NCBI GenBank assembly: GCA_002189035.1
Contig: NEEC01000011.1
Coordinates: 1,426,001 to 1,490,000, forward strand
Direction of reading: 5' to 3'
DNA length: 64,000 nucleotides
Source of the DNA: Utricularia gibba
Taxonomy: Eukaryota > Plantae > Magnoliophyta
The notes beneath the pieces were generated by a model that was not told the DNA's origin, did not search any database, and saw only the letters and a program-made list of their open reading frames with translations. The stretch's first letter is position 1, and each line of letters starts with the position of its first letter. Made by a program: the position numbers and the translations under genes. Below, piece after piece: positions 14,601 through 29,436 of the stretch.

Positions 14601-15191
14601 TACTTTTTACAACATCAACATTTGCAATAACAAGTGTGTTTGGGACACTACCATCAGTCTGCGTGAAGAATTGAGCAGGGAATCATGGTTAACAACCAGT
14701 TTGAAAAGAAAATATTTCAAAATCTATTGCCAGAAGTGATTAATTACAGCACGGCTAAAAGCAAACAGACCTCAAACACATGAATTATTACAACGGAGTG
14801 ACCGATAAGAGGACAACGGAACTTACCTGCTCGGAAAGGTACAAACGTTGACGATTCTTGTATGTGGCTTGTTCAACTTGCGGCCCCCATCTGTTTCCAT
14901 TCAAATTTTCATACTCTTTCGATGAGTTACTTGAACACCCAACAAATAATCAAGTTTTAAAAAAACGAAGGACATGGTAATGTAGGGCACGAAACAAGAA
15001 AAGAAAAGACATTCAAAACCTGGAAAGACAAAGAAAACTGACTGAAACTGGAGAAACAAACGAACAAACCGGCAAGAGAGGGAGGGCCAGACGAGATTGT
15101 GATTAGCCAGCCAGTCATATAGGATCGGCACCATGGATTTCCATTGCGTGTAGCGGTCCTCCACTCCACGATTTCCGTCTTTCTCCTTCAT
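11686..15191 (-). CDS. MSI4: MSI4/FVE-like WD40 histone-binding protein, 15 exons, 455 aa
   Basis: Exons 15191-15070, 14890-14827, 14658-14572, 14466-14404, 14198-14133, 14020-13946, 13733-13658, 13556-13361, 13207-13126, 12869-12796, 12662-12554, 12471-12397, 12212-12133, 12051-11952 and 11784-11686 join in frame through GT-AG introns. Motifs include YDWLANHNLVWPSLSCRWGP, HPGEVNRIRELPQN and IWRMIDLIYRPEDEV. Confidence 0.96.
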
Positions 15192-15799
15192 TTCCCTCAA
15201 CGCTTCTTCTTTTCGCCGGGGCCGGCACGGAGGAGGGTTTTGCGATACAGCTGCGGCAAACTGCTCTCTGCTACAATTCTCTGTCCAGAAGAGATTTTAA
15301 ACAAATAATACGTCAGCTTCCTATACGAATTTAAGAAAAATATGTTCAAATTAGAAACTCCATTTCCTAATCAAATTTAAGATCAACTTTAAAAAATGAC
15401 ATTTTAAATTATGCTCCAGCATTCACGTTATCTACTTGCTCGCTTTGTTTAAATATTTGCTTTTGTTATGTTTCTTATTAGAGTGAATATTTGTATATGT
15501 TAGTTGATTTTAGCTATTTATTTCCTTTGTCGGCTATGCAACAGCATGAGAAAAGAACATTATTTTTGGCACTTTTTAGAATGTGGCTACGATGTTGCAT
15601 TTGATCATGTGTGAGTGAGTTAGCACAAAAACCCTCATTAGTATTCTATGCGTGAGAGGATACCATGATCAATGTTTTTATTTAAGCTTGATGGGTTATT
15701 GAGAATATGTTTGTCGAGTCCCTCTCAGGTCTTCACAAGATAGGTGACTAATCTTGAGTGCTGATGTATCTTTTGATGTGTTTGAACCTTAAGTTTTTG

Positions 15800-16041
15800 T
15801 TCTAAAATAATATCTTTCTATGAACTATGTATCTGAATTTTATGAAATGGCATCTTTCTAAACATTATGTGTTAGAATCTTCTATTGCATGACACCTTGT
15901 CAAGAACATAATACTAAACCTTTTATGAAGTAATTTCTTCTCCAACACTATATATCCTAATTTTTTATAAGTAACTTCTTTCCCAATACTAACTATTTGG
16001 ATCTTTTGTGAAGTGATATCTTCCCAACCACTATGAGATTG
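15800..16041. repeat. Degenerate ~40-43 bp tandem repeat, about 6 units
   Basis: Recurring unit resembling TTTTATGAAGTAATTTCTTCTCCAACACTATATATCCTAA, TTTTGTGAAGTGATATCTTCCCAACCACTATGAGATT and TTTTATGAAATGGCATCTTTCTAAACATTATGTGTT. Confidence 0.5.
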
Positions 16042-16077
16042 TTTTTTTTTTTTTTAATTTTTTATTCAGATTATATA

Positions 16078-16410
16078 AAATAGAATTAGTTTTGAGATTA
16101 TATGAATAGAATCGATTTAAAACTGTAAAACTATTTTATGAAATAATATAAAATTATATTATAACATTTAATAAAATAATATATATCTATATAATATTTA
16201 ATAAAATAATATAATTATGATATAAAATTATTTTTAAAATAGATAAAGAGTGAATAGTATAATTTTTCTAATTAATCTCTGAAATAAAGATTTAATAAAT
16301 TCAATAATTTCTGAAATTAGTCACAAAATCTGAATTTCTGATTTTATTATATAATAACTAAAGATTAGAATCTTCAAAAATTAAACAGAATCACTTCAAA
16401 AGATTCATGA
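16078..16410 (+). repeat. AT-rich dispersed repeat, copy 2
   Basis: AAATAGAATTAGTTTTGA...AATTAGTCACAAAATCTGAA...AAAATTAAACAGAATCACTTCA is colinear with 35388-35730. Confidence 0.65.
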
Positions 16411-17522
16411 AATAGAACAACCTCTATGTGCTCAATTCTCAAATATCTTCCTAGGACTATGTGTTCAATCTTATTGGATGAGCCATCAACAAAGTGATTT
16501 CCCTCTTCATAAATGAAAATTCCATGGGCCTCATAGAAGAATACCCAACTACAAAAGTAAGTTTCTAGAATACTCATAATATTAAAAAAATTAACTAAAT
16601 ATCACTTGTTTTAATATTTAATTATTTTATTATATATAGATTTAAAGAAATGCATATATACTATATATATCAATTATATACACTAAAAGTAATTATCAGT
16701 ATAAATTAAATTATTTTCAAAATATAAAATAACTAATAATAAAAATTTCATATATTGCATAATCACTTATTATGTATATTTTAATAAAATTAAAATTAAA
16801 TATTTTTAATCAGTTATTAAAAACTATTTTTGCAATTGTACAGCACAAACTAATTTAAAAATATAATAAAATTGAATTAAAGCATTATTTAAACAAATAT
16901 GCATGTAATTGTATTTTGATAAAAATATATTTGATTAGTTTTAGTTTAACAAATATTTAATCATTTTTTATTAATTTCTCTCACTAAAACAATATTCAAC
17001 TAATATATAAATAAAAAAAGGGTATTCATCTAAATTTTTTGAAAGTAAGGATATTTGACAAATCATTTTTTCACAAAGGGAAATTATGTTAAAAACCTAA
17101 AATTCCATTTCATTACAAAATATTAGATTTATTAACCAAATAAATTTATAAAGTACTAATCTACATGAAATACAAATTAAATATAAGATGTACAATGGTT
17201 TTGATATGAATTCAAGAAGTTAATACTTGTAAGATTGACAATTTATGACTTTTCAATTTCGACTCTAATAATAACTCTTAATCAAACTAACGGTTAACAA
17301 TTATTTGACATCAATTACAAAAATGAAATAATGAGACTGTAGAATTTTAATTCTAATTCAACTAACACAAATGCAATGTCTCAAGAATCCATGAATGGTA
17401 TACTCATTCAATCTTTTATCCTAAATCCTCAATAGGCAAATTAACTCAAAATGATCTAAGCCTATCCAAAGAGTCTTTTTGATTTCTTGGATTTCAATTC
17501 TTTAAGTTTTCTTGATAATCTT

Positions 17523-18692
17523 TGATGGAAATTCTGCAAGTGTATAGAAACCGTCGAAGTAATAAAATAAGATCATATCCATAAGGAATTGTTATTGAAA
17601 TTTTCCTTTAAAAAAAAAGATTTAAAAAGACTAAAAACAAAAGAAACATTAGATTTTGAAAACAATAATAAAAGTGGCATTGGATCTAGGATCCGCCTTA
17701 CTTGAAACTCACCCTTGCGTGTGTGCAAACCTTGAAAACTGACCTGCTTACGCAAGCTTTGGGGGTGTTATGCTAAAGTAGTGCTATTCGGTGATTGTTA
17801 TAGCACTGTCCCTTGTTTTGTGGGATTATGCAATCAACCACACCACTAGAGACATTTCACCTTTTGTGATAATCCATGTTTTCCCCACACCCAAATTTAA
17901 CCCCTACACCTCTCACCTCGCAGACAGATTAGATAGAATGTGCCTTACCAACGATGTCTGATTAAGCCCTTCTCCTTAGGTGCTTGAGGCCAACCTTTGA
18001 TTCTCTCACACTCACTTAGGGCTATATGGTACTAAAGATCACGTTGGTAAAGAAAATATTATGAAAAACAGAATCAGACCTCAAATTAAATGTTGAAAAA
18101 CATAGTAAGACAGTCACGCGCGCAGAACCTGCACAAGCAAGGCTTCACAGCAGATCTTAAGCCGCAAGCACTCACACATGCATGCTTAACTCTAAACAAC
18201 AAAAGTTAATGAAAAATGAATGGGAAGGAATCCAAAACATGCTTGACTCACTCAAAACCCTAAATTGACTCTTTGGTCATCCACCCTTGACTCCTACTTT
18301 TAGGTCTTCGCATTTGGATCTTTATATAATGTTGGGGATTTGTCGGGCTTTCTTAATGGGCTCTTATCAAATCTTCTATTCGAATCTTCTAAGATTTGAT
18401 ACAGATCTTCTAGGATAAGATTCAAATTTTCTAAGATAAGATGCGAATCTTATCTTATCCGAGAATCTTTGACCGAGTCTTCATCCAGATGGATCGAATC
18501 TTTGCCTTCATCAAAGTAGTTCGAAAATCCCCCAAATTATGCCAAAATTATCTTGAAAAATCACAAAACACACTTTCACTCGAAAAAGATCAAAGTGGTA
18601 TGAAAGATATAAAATTATTTAAAAACATAAGGAAATTGAGATAAAAAGCATCTAAATGAGTCTCAAAAAGCACAAATATAAATCAATTATCA
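17523..18692 (-). mobile_element. Solo LTR (1170 bp) of a Ty3/Gypsy, Athila-like element with 5-bp TSD ATCTT
   Basis: Termini TGATG...TATCA (inverted TGAT/ATCA); ATCTT at 17518-17522 and 18693-18697; the left part is colinear with 63245-64000. The Athila assignment rests on the TGATAA...CATCA minus-strand termini (inference). Confidence 0.85.
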
Positions 18693-19429
18693 ATCTTACA
18701 TCTAGAAATAGGTATATTCAGTTTTATCTCTATCCAAAAAAGCTCATATATTATCAATACTCCAATTTTTTTTTATCTAATTCTAAATTAGATTTCCTTA
18801 GTTATATATATTAACCTTTTTTCTTATGTATCTATTATATTTTGTTGGAAAAAAAATACACAAATACATTATAGATTAGAACCTAAACTAAGTGAGCATA
18901 CCCGCTTTTTTCTTGGGATGAAGTGGAAATCGGAGCTCGTTTTCTAAACAAGTGATGGGGATATGAAGGTTGAAACGAGGAAGAGGTCTATCCTCAATGC
19001 CCCAAGGGATTTGAGAATCCCTAGCTTGGCTCTCAATATATTCATCTTGGATCGAATACTTGAATCGGATAACGGAAATATTTAGTTCGCTAGACTTCCT
19101 AACCATTGTGATTTTTGAAATCAGAAAAGGGAGGAATTCAGAGAAAAAGGGAGGAGAAAAACCTAGAACAAAATAAGGACCACTGAAAGGAAAAAGAGCC
19201 CTAAAATCCCTAAAAAATCTCTATGGATGTACGAAGAGCGAGGAAGAATGGGTAAGTACGTGGAAGAAGTAGCAGTTTTTGGCAGACTTGATGATGGCAG
19301 AGTATTGTAGACGATGATGGGGACGGAGTACACGAAAGATTCAAACGAAGCAACGAAAGTGTCCAATGAAGAGAAATGCGCTACTTTATAGAGGGGAGAT
19401 TCGGAAGGCAAAGTGACGCGACGATTGGA

Positions 19430-20120
19430 GTGTTAGAAATGAGCGGGAAAAACGTGGTGTTTTTATGGGGTGACACGTGGCATGGAAGTGGGCCTAACCG
19501 GTGGAGGATTACAATGGGATATGGTAAATCGGAGAATTAGTGGTTTTGACCTGCCGATCTTACATAAGTGTTAGATTTGGCAGATCAAAGGGGCTGAATG
19601 GTGGAGCTCAAAATCGGCAAATGCCTCATAGAGGTAGATAAGAAGAAGGCTTACAAGTAGCTGGGTAGAGAAATAACAAAATCGGCTCATTATAAATCAA
19701 ACTGGATGATGCAAGGGCATTTAATGCAGTACTAAAAAATTGCTGCGAGTCGACATACCAATAGGTGTCAAGGTTTGATAGTAGCGGTCGTTTTGGACAG
19801 TCTAAAAAACAAATGAATTGCAATGATGGCAGAACAGTCGGTGGTTATCCAATAGTAGGATCACAATACGGCCAACGGGCGCAGAAAGCAATCAACATTT
19901 GTAGAGCACAAAATTCGGTCGGACTGGTCTCCTCTACAAATATAAGAAAACCTGGAAAAGAAGGGGGAGAGGGCCCGACATTCTAACTAGTATATTTTCT
20001 CCACTTTCGTCTAGTGAAATCATTTTCTAGTGAGCTCCGACAGCTCCGTGGTTTTTCTGTTCTTCGATGATTTTCATGTAAAAATTCTTATCTGTTTTCA
20101 TTTCCATTAACCGCACTACA
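19430..20120 (+). mobile_element. Possible LTR-like remnant
   Basis: GC-richer non-coding block with a CTACAAATATAAG TATA followed by a purine tract, and a ...CACTACA end. No TSD or PBS could be confirmed. Confidence 0.25.
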
Positions 20121-20589
20121 TTGCCCAAAACGATAATATCTAAATCGGATCCAACCCATTCGGCTTTGCACATGACCCAAAAATCGGTTTTTGCCTTAGT
20201 GCCGATTTTCAACCACAACATCTTAAAAATCATGTATAATGAAAGAGATGAAAGATGCATTCTTTTTCTTTTGGATGAGAATTGAGAATCTATAGAACTT
20301 TTATAAATTTTACATAGAATCAAGTTGGATTCAAAGGAAGGAAAATGTTGATAAAGAATTCTTAAGTTTCTAGATAAAGCTGCATTAGATCAAGTGTAGA
20401 CGAAGAGGTTAAGAGAAGATTCTTGAATATTTGGATGTTTTGTTTTTCTACACAAATTAAAGAGGAATATATACAAATCTTTTCCCTTTTTTCCTTCATG
20501 GTTATTCCTCTTTATGAGCACATTATTTGAATTGTATATGACGTATATTGCACTTGTTCCAAGGTCAATCATTTTTTATGATATCTTTT

Positions 20590-21620
20590 AACACTTTTTT
20601 GAGTCACAAGATACTATTTTGCTACATATGTGGGTATGTCTCTATCATGTTGCTTCTCCTACAATTACAAGAATAGAAGAGTTGAGTTAGATGGGCAAGT
20701 AGAAAATGCCAGTACTAAATTCTCACATTTAGCTTGATAGTAAGATTTAGCACTTTGTTGACCATCGATATTCTATTAGACATTTCTATCTTGGTCACTA
20801 TGACTAATCTAGATGCAGACATTATAATTGCTGAATGCTTAAGTGTAATTACGGAGATGATCAATAATAGTTTATGTCATTGTAAAACATGAAGGCTGTG
20901 TTTGAAATAACGATCAAGATGGTTCTCCAACCATTGAGATTGAAAAATGCAAAACACTTTTCATCAGCACTAATCTCTTACTATACTTCTTGGACCTTCA
21001 TTATGAAATCATATATCTCTAGGCATTTCCTAGACACATGTTTTATGTATATATTTTATATATAAGAGTATTTCTATTGAGTTATATCTACTTATATAAT
21101 AGCTTTTTAGGTATTGTTATTCTAAAAGCTTTTTATTTGGACATTTCTTATTCGGGCCTTTCTCTTGCACATGGATGTCTTTTGAGGCACTTCTTAATTG
21201 AGCAATTGTCTCTTTTTAATTATTTTTTTATCCCAACTTTTCTTTTGAGGCAATATTCTTGGATATTTTCTACCAAGTTGCCTATATCTAGGCACTTCCC
21301 AAATGTTGATTGTCTTTTTGGGTTTTTGCCATGCCAATGTTGCTACTACTTATTGAGGTTTTTCTCTTTGACAATTATAGTTCTTAAATACTCTGTTTGG
21401 ACGTTTTTATTGCTCAAGTGCTGCTCTATGTTGGTTCATTCCCATAGTGACTTCTCTTCCCAATACTTCATGTTCAAATTTTCTTTTTGTTTAGATGTGT
21501 TCATTGGATATCATTTTTTGGGTCACATTCCTCTTAAAAGCTTGAATGCAAGATGTTTTTTTAAGACTTGAAGCTTCCAACCCAAGCCTTGTGGTGCATG
21601 TGCACTATTTCCTTGAAAAT
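20590..21620 (-). mobile_element. Highly degenerate Mutator-like (MULE) transposase relic
   Basis: Minus-strand fragments QGLGWKLQV, EHEVLGREVTMGMNQH and CNCRRSNMIETYPH (SWIM-finger-like) occur in MuDR transposase order, with many stops and frameshifts. Confidence 0.35.
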
Positions 21621-22068
21621 TCATTAGGGATGCAACACCATGTTATACACATCAATCAAAACCTACCTTCAAGCCATTAAAACAAATTTGGAATAGAATT
21701 TAGTTTTAAAACATAAAAGTAATTTTAATAATGAATTAATCTTCGGTATTATTGTTGTTTAGAAAAAGAGGGAGAGAGAAAGTAAAAGGAATCGAAGAGC
21801 TGAGAGACTACAAGACAATTATCGTTGGCGCTGTAAGGCCAAGCGAGAACACGGAGATCTCCGAGACGTGGATAGGATCGGGGCAGGGGAAGCCGCTGAT
21901 GTATCCCCACCGCCGTTGAAGAGCTCCGATTCGCCGTTGTTTCTTTATCTGAAGATTATTTATACATATATTGTGTGCAGAATGGAGCAAGTTCCGGGAT
22001 GATTTCGCTCGTTGTTTTCGCGTTGTGGGGGAGTCTGAATCGGGGATTTTAGTCAGGGGGGAAATTTG

Positions 22069-24831
<2,763 letters not shown>

Positions 24832-26951
24832 AGCACCTGCCAAATGACTTGCTCCTTTTTTCTCCCTGTCTTATAAACTACCTGATTTCCTGTGCAACCA
24901 AGGAAGCCGATGATGCAGCCTGGTATGATAAGGTAAAAGTGAGACTACAGAACCATCTCATCTGACTGAAAGTGGGGCTTGTGTTATGTATGGGGGTGTA
25001 GTTAACTAGCTGAAATATCCATCGCTTTCTACAGATGCAGTAGTTGTCTCTTAATATCTCCATCTCTTCTTGTGCTTGCTCTGGTTTTCCTATTGACCTC
25101 CGGCTGAGTGGATTCCTTACTGCTGCTATTCTCCTCCCTCTTCAAAAGCAGGGAAAATTGTAGCTTCATTGTGGCCTCCCTGCCTGCCATGTAACCCATC
25201 TTTTAGCATCAACAGGCCCCCCTGTTCTTTTTCTCCTCTCAAAAGAGATCATAAGCCTCAGGGCCGAAAAGTTTCCCATCTTCTACTTCTTCTTCAATGC
25301 CTTTTTTTTTTTTTTTACATAAAATGTTTCTGAAAAATTCAAGTTGAGAGGATGTTCGCTTCAGTTTCCATTGTGATGTCAATACCATCCCCGATGGATC
25401 AAGCAACATTTTTAAGTATTTATTTAATCTAAATAATTTTATATCCTCAATGATTAATCTATTCTTCGATTTAACGATGTATTTGGATTGAATTTTGGTT
25501 AATATAAATTATAGTTGGTTCAATAATGTTTAATGTATTTTCAAATAAAAAAATAAAATTATTAATTGGTTGAATTCACTCTGAATCAAATCTAATTTCA
25601 AGTTGAATTCATGATTTTAAAATTCTATTTTAAAAAATTAATAATTTTAGTAACAAAAATATTTGCTAACGTCGGTTGGGTTTGCTGGAGTTCCACCCGT
25701 CAACGATTTTTGTATTGGAAAATTAGTCCCAAATGATAATTTTTTAGGGTATCGGATTCCTTTTTTGGTTTCTTTAATAGCTAAATTGAGCAGGCGTGTT
25801 ATCCCTGTTTTACGATCGCGGTAGGGAATTTTTTTTTTCCTTTCATAAGATTCAGGTGCAAATTCTGGAATTGGCTTGTGCTCGGCATCATCGTCAGCGA
25901 TTTCTTCCAGTCCCCTGAGGTATGCAGTGCTGAAGACTTTATCTACTGTTTCTGGATTGCGAACATGCGCCACCGTTTTGTTGAAGCTCCTTTTCATTTT
26001 TTGTGCGTTTATTTTAAGGCTTTGTCTTTCAGTCATTGAATCTTTTCTTTGTTTCGAATCTGGATTTACTGAGATTGTGGCATGTCTGCCGCAATCTTAA
26101 AATTTTCTGGGCTCCAATCTGTCAATTGAAGAAATCTATGAGAATTTGCACGATAAGACTTGAATCTAGGTTTAGGTATTGGATGTGGATTTGAGGGACT
26201 CCTTGAAAGTGCTTATCAGGTTTCTTTTTCTACACGTGTATTAGTCAGTGTTAAGTGTTTTGAGCTCTTTTATTTGCTGTGGGCATTTTCTGCATAAAAA
26301 TTGAGTACCATTTTATTGAATGAACTCCGTAACTCCATTGTGCTGCTATTCGATGGTTTATGGTTCAGTTTTAAGTTATTGATGCCTTTGCCCTGTTGCT
26401 ATGCTTGGAGGAACTCTTTGACGAAATCAACCTCTAGCACCTGAGTACAGACAACGATTATTTTACTTTACTGGAGCAAGATTGAGAAACTATTCCATGC
26501 TCATTAATCTGCTTCCCTCGGTTTTTTTTATTTTCTTTTGGATTTAGATTTTGTTTTGAACATTTATATCAAACTTTTAGCAGGTCGCATACGATTCAAA
26601 TTCTCCAGGGCATCCTCTGGTGGACTATATTCCAGTTCTTCTAGGTAATCTGACGTCAAATTAGCAATTTCTTACACTTCGAATACAGACTCATGTCTTC
26701 TGACAAATGCAATTAAGTATTTTTCATCATTTTTCAAAAGTCTTGATTTGTAGACTTACGCGCTCGTCCTGATGTATGTGATTAGGTATTTGCATTCTGC
26801 AAGATTATTGCTTTGTCCCGCATCTGGGCTTACAGTATGGGATACCTGAGTATTGAGTTCTGTTTATGTTTAGAAATACAAGAAACATGTTGTACTGATA
26901 TATGGTTCCAACTGTTTTGCTATGTTAATGCTAGATCTAGTCTCTGAACAA

Positions 26952-28250
26952 ATGGCTGAGGATCATCCAAGCAACAACAATGATGGTGTCTCACATGATA
27001 ATAATGCACTATCAGGACTCGAGAATGATGTATCAATTGATAACTTGGCAAAGAAAGTCCAAGAGTCCCTATCTATTTCAAAGAGACATAGGTTTTGGGA
27101 AAGCCAGCCTGTTGGACAATTCAAGGATCTGGGAGATGACAGTTTGCCGGAAGGTCCGATAGAACAACCAATAGCCGTGGCTGAAGTCAAACAGGAGCCC
27201 TATAATCTCCCGGCTCCTTATGAATGGATCACATGCGATATTGACTCTGAAGAAATGTGTGCGGAGGTGTATAATCTCTTGACCAGCAATTACGTTGAAG
27301 ATGATGAAAACATGTTTCGGTTCAATTACTCGAAAGAATTCCTTCGCTGGGCACTTCGCCCCCCTGGCTATTACAGGAGCTGGCACATCGGAGTGAGGGC
27401 AAAGGCCTCAAAGAAATTAGTTGCATTCATCACTGGTGTTCCTGCAAGAATCAGGGTTCGTGATGAAATCGTAACAATGGCTGAGGTGAACTTTCTCTGT
27501 GTTCACAAGAAACTCCGATCAAAAAGACTTGCTCCGGTGATGATAAAAGAAGTTACTCGGAGGGTTCATCTGGAAAATATCTGGCAGGCAGCTTACACTG
27601 CCGGTGTTGTCCTTCCTACTCCCATAACAACTTGTCAATATTGGCACAGATCCTTGAACCCAAAGAAGCTAATCGATGTTGGGTTCTCGAGACTTGGTGC
27701 GAGGATGACAATGAGCCGTACTGTAAAGCTCTACAAGCTGCCAGAACAGCCAGTTACCCCCGGCTTCAGAAAGATGGAAATACATGATGTTCCTGCTGTC
27801 ACACGCCTGCTGAGGAATTATCTGAAGCAATTTGTTGTGGTTCCTGATTTCTCCGAGGACGATGTTGAGCACTGGCTACTACCCAAGGCAGATGTGATCG
27901 ACAGTTTCCTGGTCCAATGCCCTGAAACTCATGAAATCACTGATTTCTGCAGTTTTTACACCCTTCCCTCATCTATACTCGGGAGCTCCACCCATTCCAT
28001 TCTGAAGGCAGCCTACTCCTACTACAATGTATCAACGAAGACTCCTCTTCTTCAGCTGATGAACGATGCTCTGATCATCGCAAAGAAGATGGATTTCGAT
28101 GTCTTCAATGCACTGGATGTGATGCACAATGAATCCTTCCTGAAGGAGCTGAAGTTTGGACCTGGGGATGGGAAGCTTCACTACTATCTCTACAACTACA
28201 GAGTGAATCAGGCGTTGAGGGCATCAGAGCTGGGGCTGGTGCTGTTGTAG
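26952..28250 (+). CDS. NMT1: Glycylpeptide N-tetradecanoyltransferase (N-myristoyltransferase), intronless CDS, 432 aa; spliced non-coding leader likely from about 25850
   Basis: HRFWESQPV, NYVEDDENMFRFNYS, EVNFLCVHKKLRSKRLAP, LKFGPGDGKLHYYLYNY and C-terminal LGLVLL. Leader splice sites: CTGAG|GTATGC 25920, CAG|GTCG 26584, CTAG|GTAATC 26643 and CTAG|TCTC 26940. Confidence 0.97.
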   Translation: MAEDHPSNNNDGVSHDNNALSGLENDVSIDNLAKKVQESLSISKRHRFWESQPVGQFKDLGDDSLPEGPIEQPIAVAEVKQEPYNLPAPYEWITCDIDSEEMCAEVYNLLTSNYVEDDENMFRFNYSKEFLRWALRPPGYYRSWHIGVRAKASKKLVAFITGVPARIRVRDEIVTMAEVNFLCVHKKLRSKRLAPVMIKEVTRRVHLENIWQAAYTAGVVLPTPITTCQYWHRSLNPKKLIDVGFSRLGARMTMSRTVKLYKLPEQPVTPGFRKMEIHDVPAVTRLLRNYLKQFVVVPDFSEDDVEHWLLPKADVIDSFLVQCPETHEITDFCSFYTLPSSILGSSTHSILKAAYSYYNVSTKTPLLQLMNDALIIAKKMDFDVFNALDVMHNESFLKELKFGPGDGKLHYYLYNYRVNQALRASELGLVLL

Positions 28251-29163
28251 ACCCACTCAGTAAGCATCCTGTGCACCCACGAGATCAATCGCATGCCCAA
28301 ACGGATATCCCCTTCCTGCTTCATCTGTACTGGTCGACGGTTAGGATTTTGAACCTTCGACTTCTGAGGACTGTGCTTATTTGACCCGCCTCTCTGTTTG
28401 TTGTTTCCATGGTTTGATGAGTTAAAGTTGGTGTTTTATTTAGGCTTTCATCAGTACTTGTCCGATTAAATGGATTTACAATGAAATAATAGCATGTTTT
28501 AAATTAGCTATGTCAAACTTAGTACTAATAAAGTTACCTTTTAATGTCTTTTAGAATAAGGATGCAAAAAATAAATAGAATAAATATGCTTTTTTATTCT
28601 TCATTTTTACACAATTTAAATTCTCATTCTTAAAAAAAAATACAATACTTTACAGAATGCATAAATAACTGTATTCTCATTTTCCTTATTCTTAATAACA
28701 TAAGATTGTAAAATGAAGAAAGCGTGCCGAGAACATGCCCTAAAATTTGTCGGACACTTCAGTCTTCCCCTCACGCTCTACACTTCACTCTCATCCGAGG
28801 ATTAGAAATCACTATTTTTAAGTATTGAGTTCAATGTGGTTCATTTTCCCTTGCCCTACACCCTTATTATTCATATGTCAGAGTGCAAATTACATTCGAA
28901 GTTTCTCAATTGTTAATATTTACCTATGATAAAGCACTATGTCACAATCATTTTAGAGATAACATGCACTCTTTTTTAGAAAATAATTTAAAAATAACAG
29001 GAAAAATTATCTTTTGATGGATGAAAAATTAATTGGGTGTCACTTAATTGCAATAGTTAAGTTGTCGACTTGTAAGAGTATTTATATTCATTTTCAAACT
29101 TTCCAAAAAATTAGTAAATGATTTTTAATTTTCTTCACATCAATTTTCAAAAACTAGTCTAAT

Positions 29164-29436
29164 AATCGCATGCCCAAACGGATATCCCCTTTCTGCTTCA
29201 TCTGTACTGGTCGACGGTTAGGATTTTGAGCCTTCGACTTCTGAGGACTGTGCTTATTTGACCCGCCTCTCTGTTTGTTGCTTCCTTGCTTTGATGAGTC
29301 AAAGTTGGGTTTTTATTTAGGCTTTCATATGAGCTTGTCCGATTAAATGGATTTACAATGAAATAATAACATGTTTTGAATCAGATATGCCAAACTTACT
29401 AGTAATAAAGTTGAGTCTTTTAATATCTTTTAGAAT
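29164..29436 (+). repeat. Direct duplicate (~270 bp) of the NMT1 3' region 28287-28557
   Basis: Base-by-base colinear. The first ~115 bp differ at only a few positions; the remainder is more diverged. Confidence 0.95.

Noticed and set aside
21038-21571. 177-aa plus-strand ORF
   Set aside because: F/L/S/Y-rich low-complexity frame antisense to a degenerate TE relic.
25647-26036. 129-aa minus-strand ORF upstream of NMT1
   Set aside because: Antisense to the pyrimidine-rich NMT1 leader and intron, which explains its K/E/R bias; no motif.
28330-28385. tRNA T-loop-like GGTTCAAAATCC on the minus strand, and C/D-box-like words in the duplicated segment
   Set aside because: No cloverleaf or A-box, and the CTGA precedes TGATGA, the wrong order for a C/D snoRNA.
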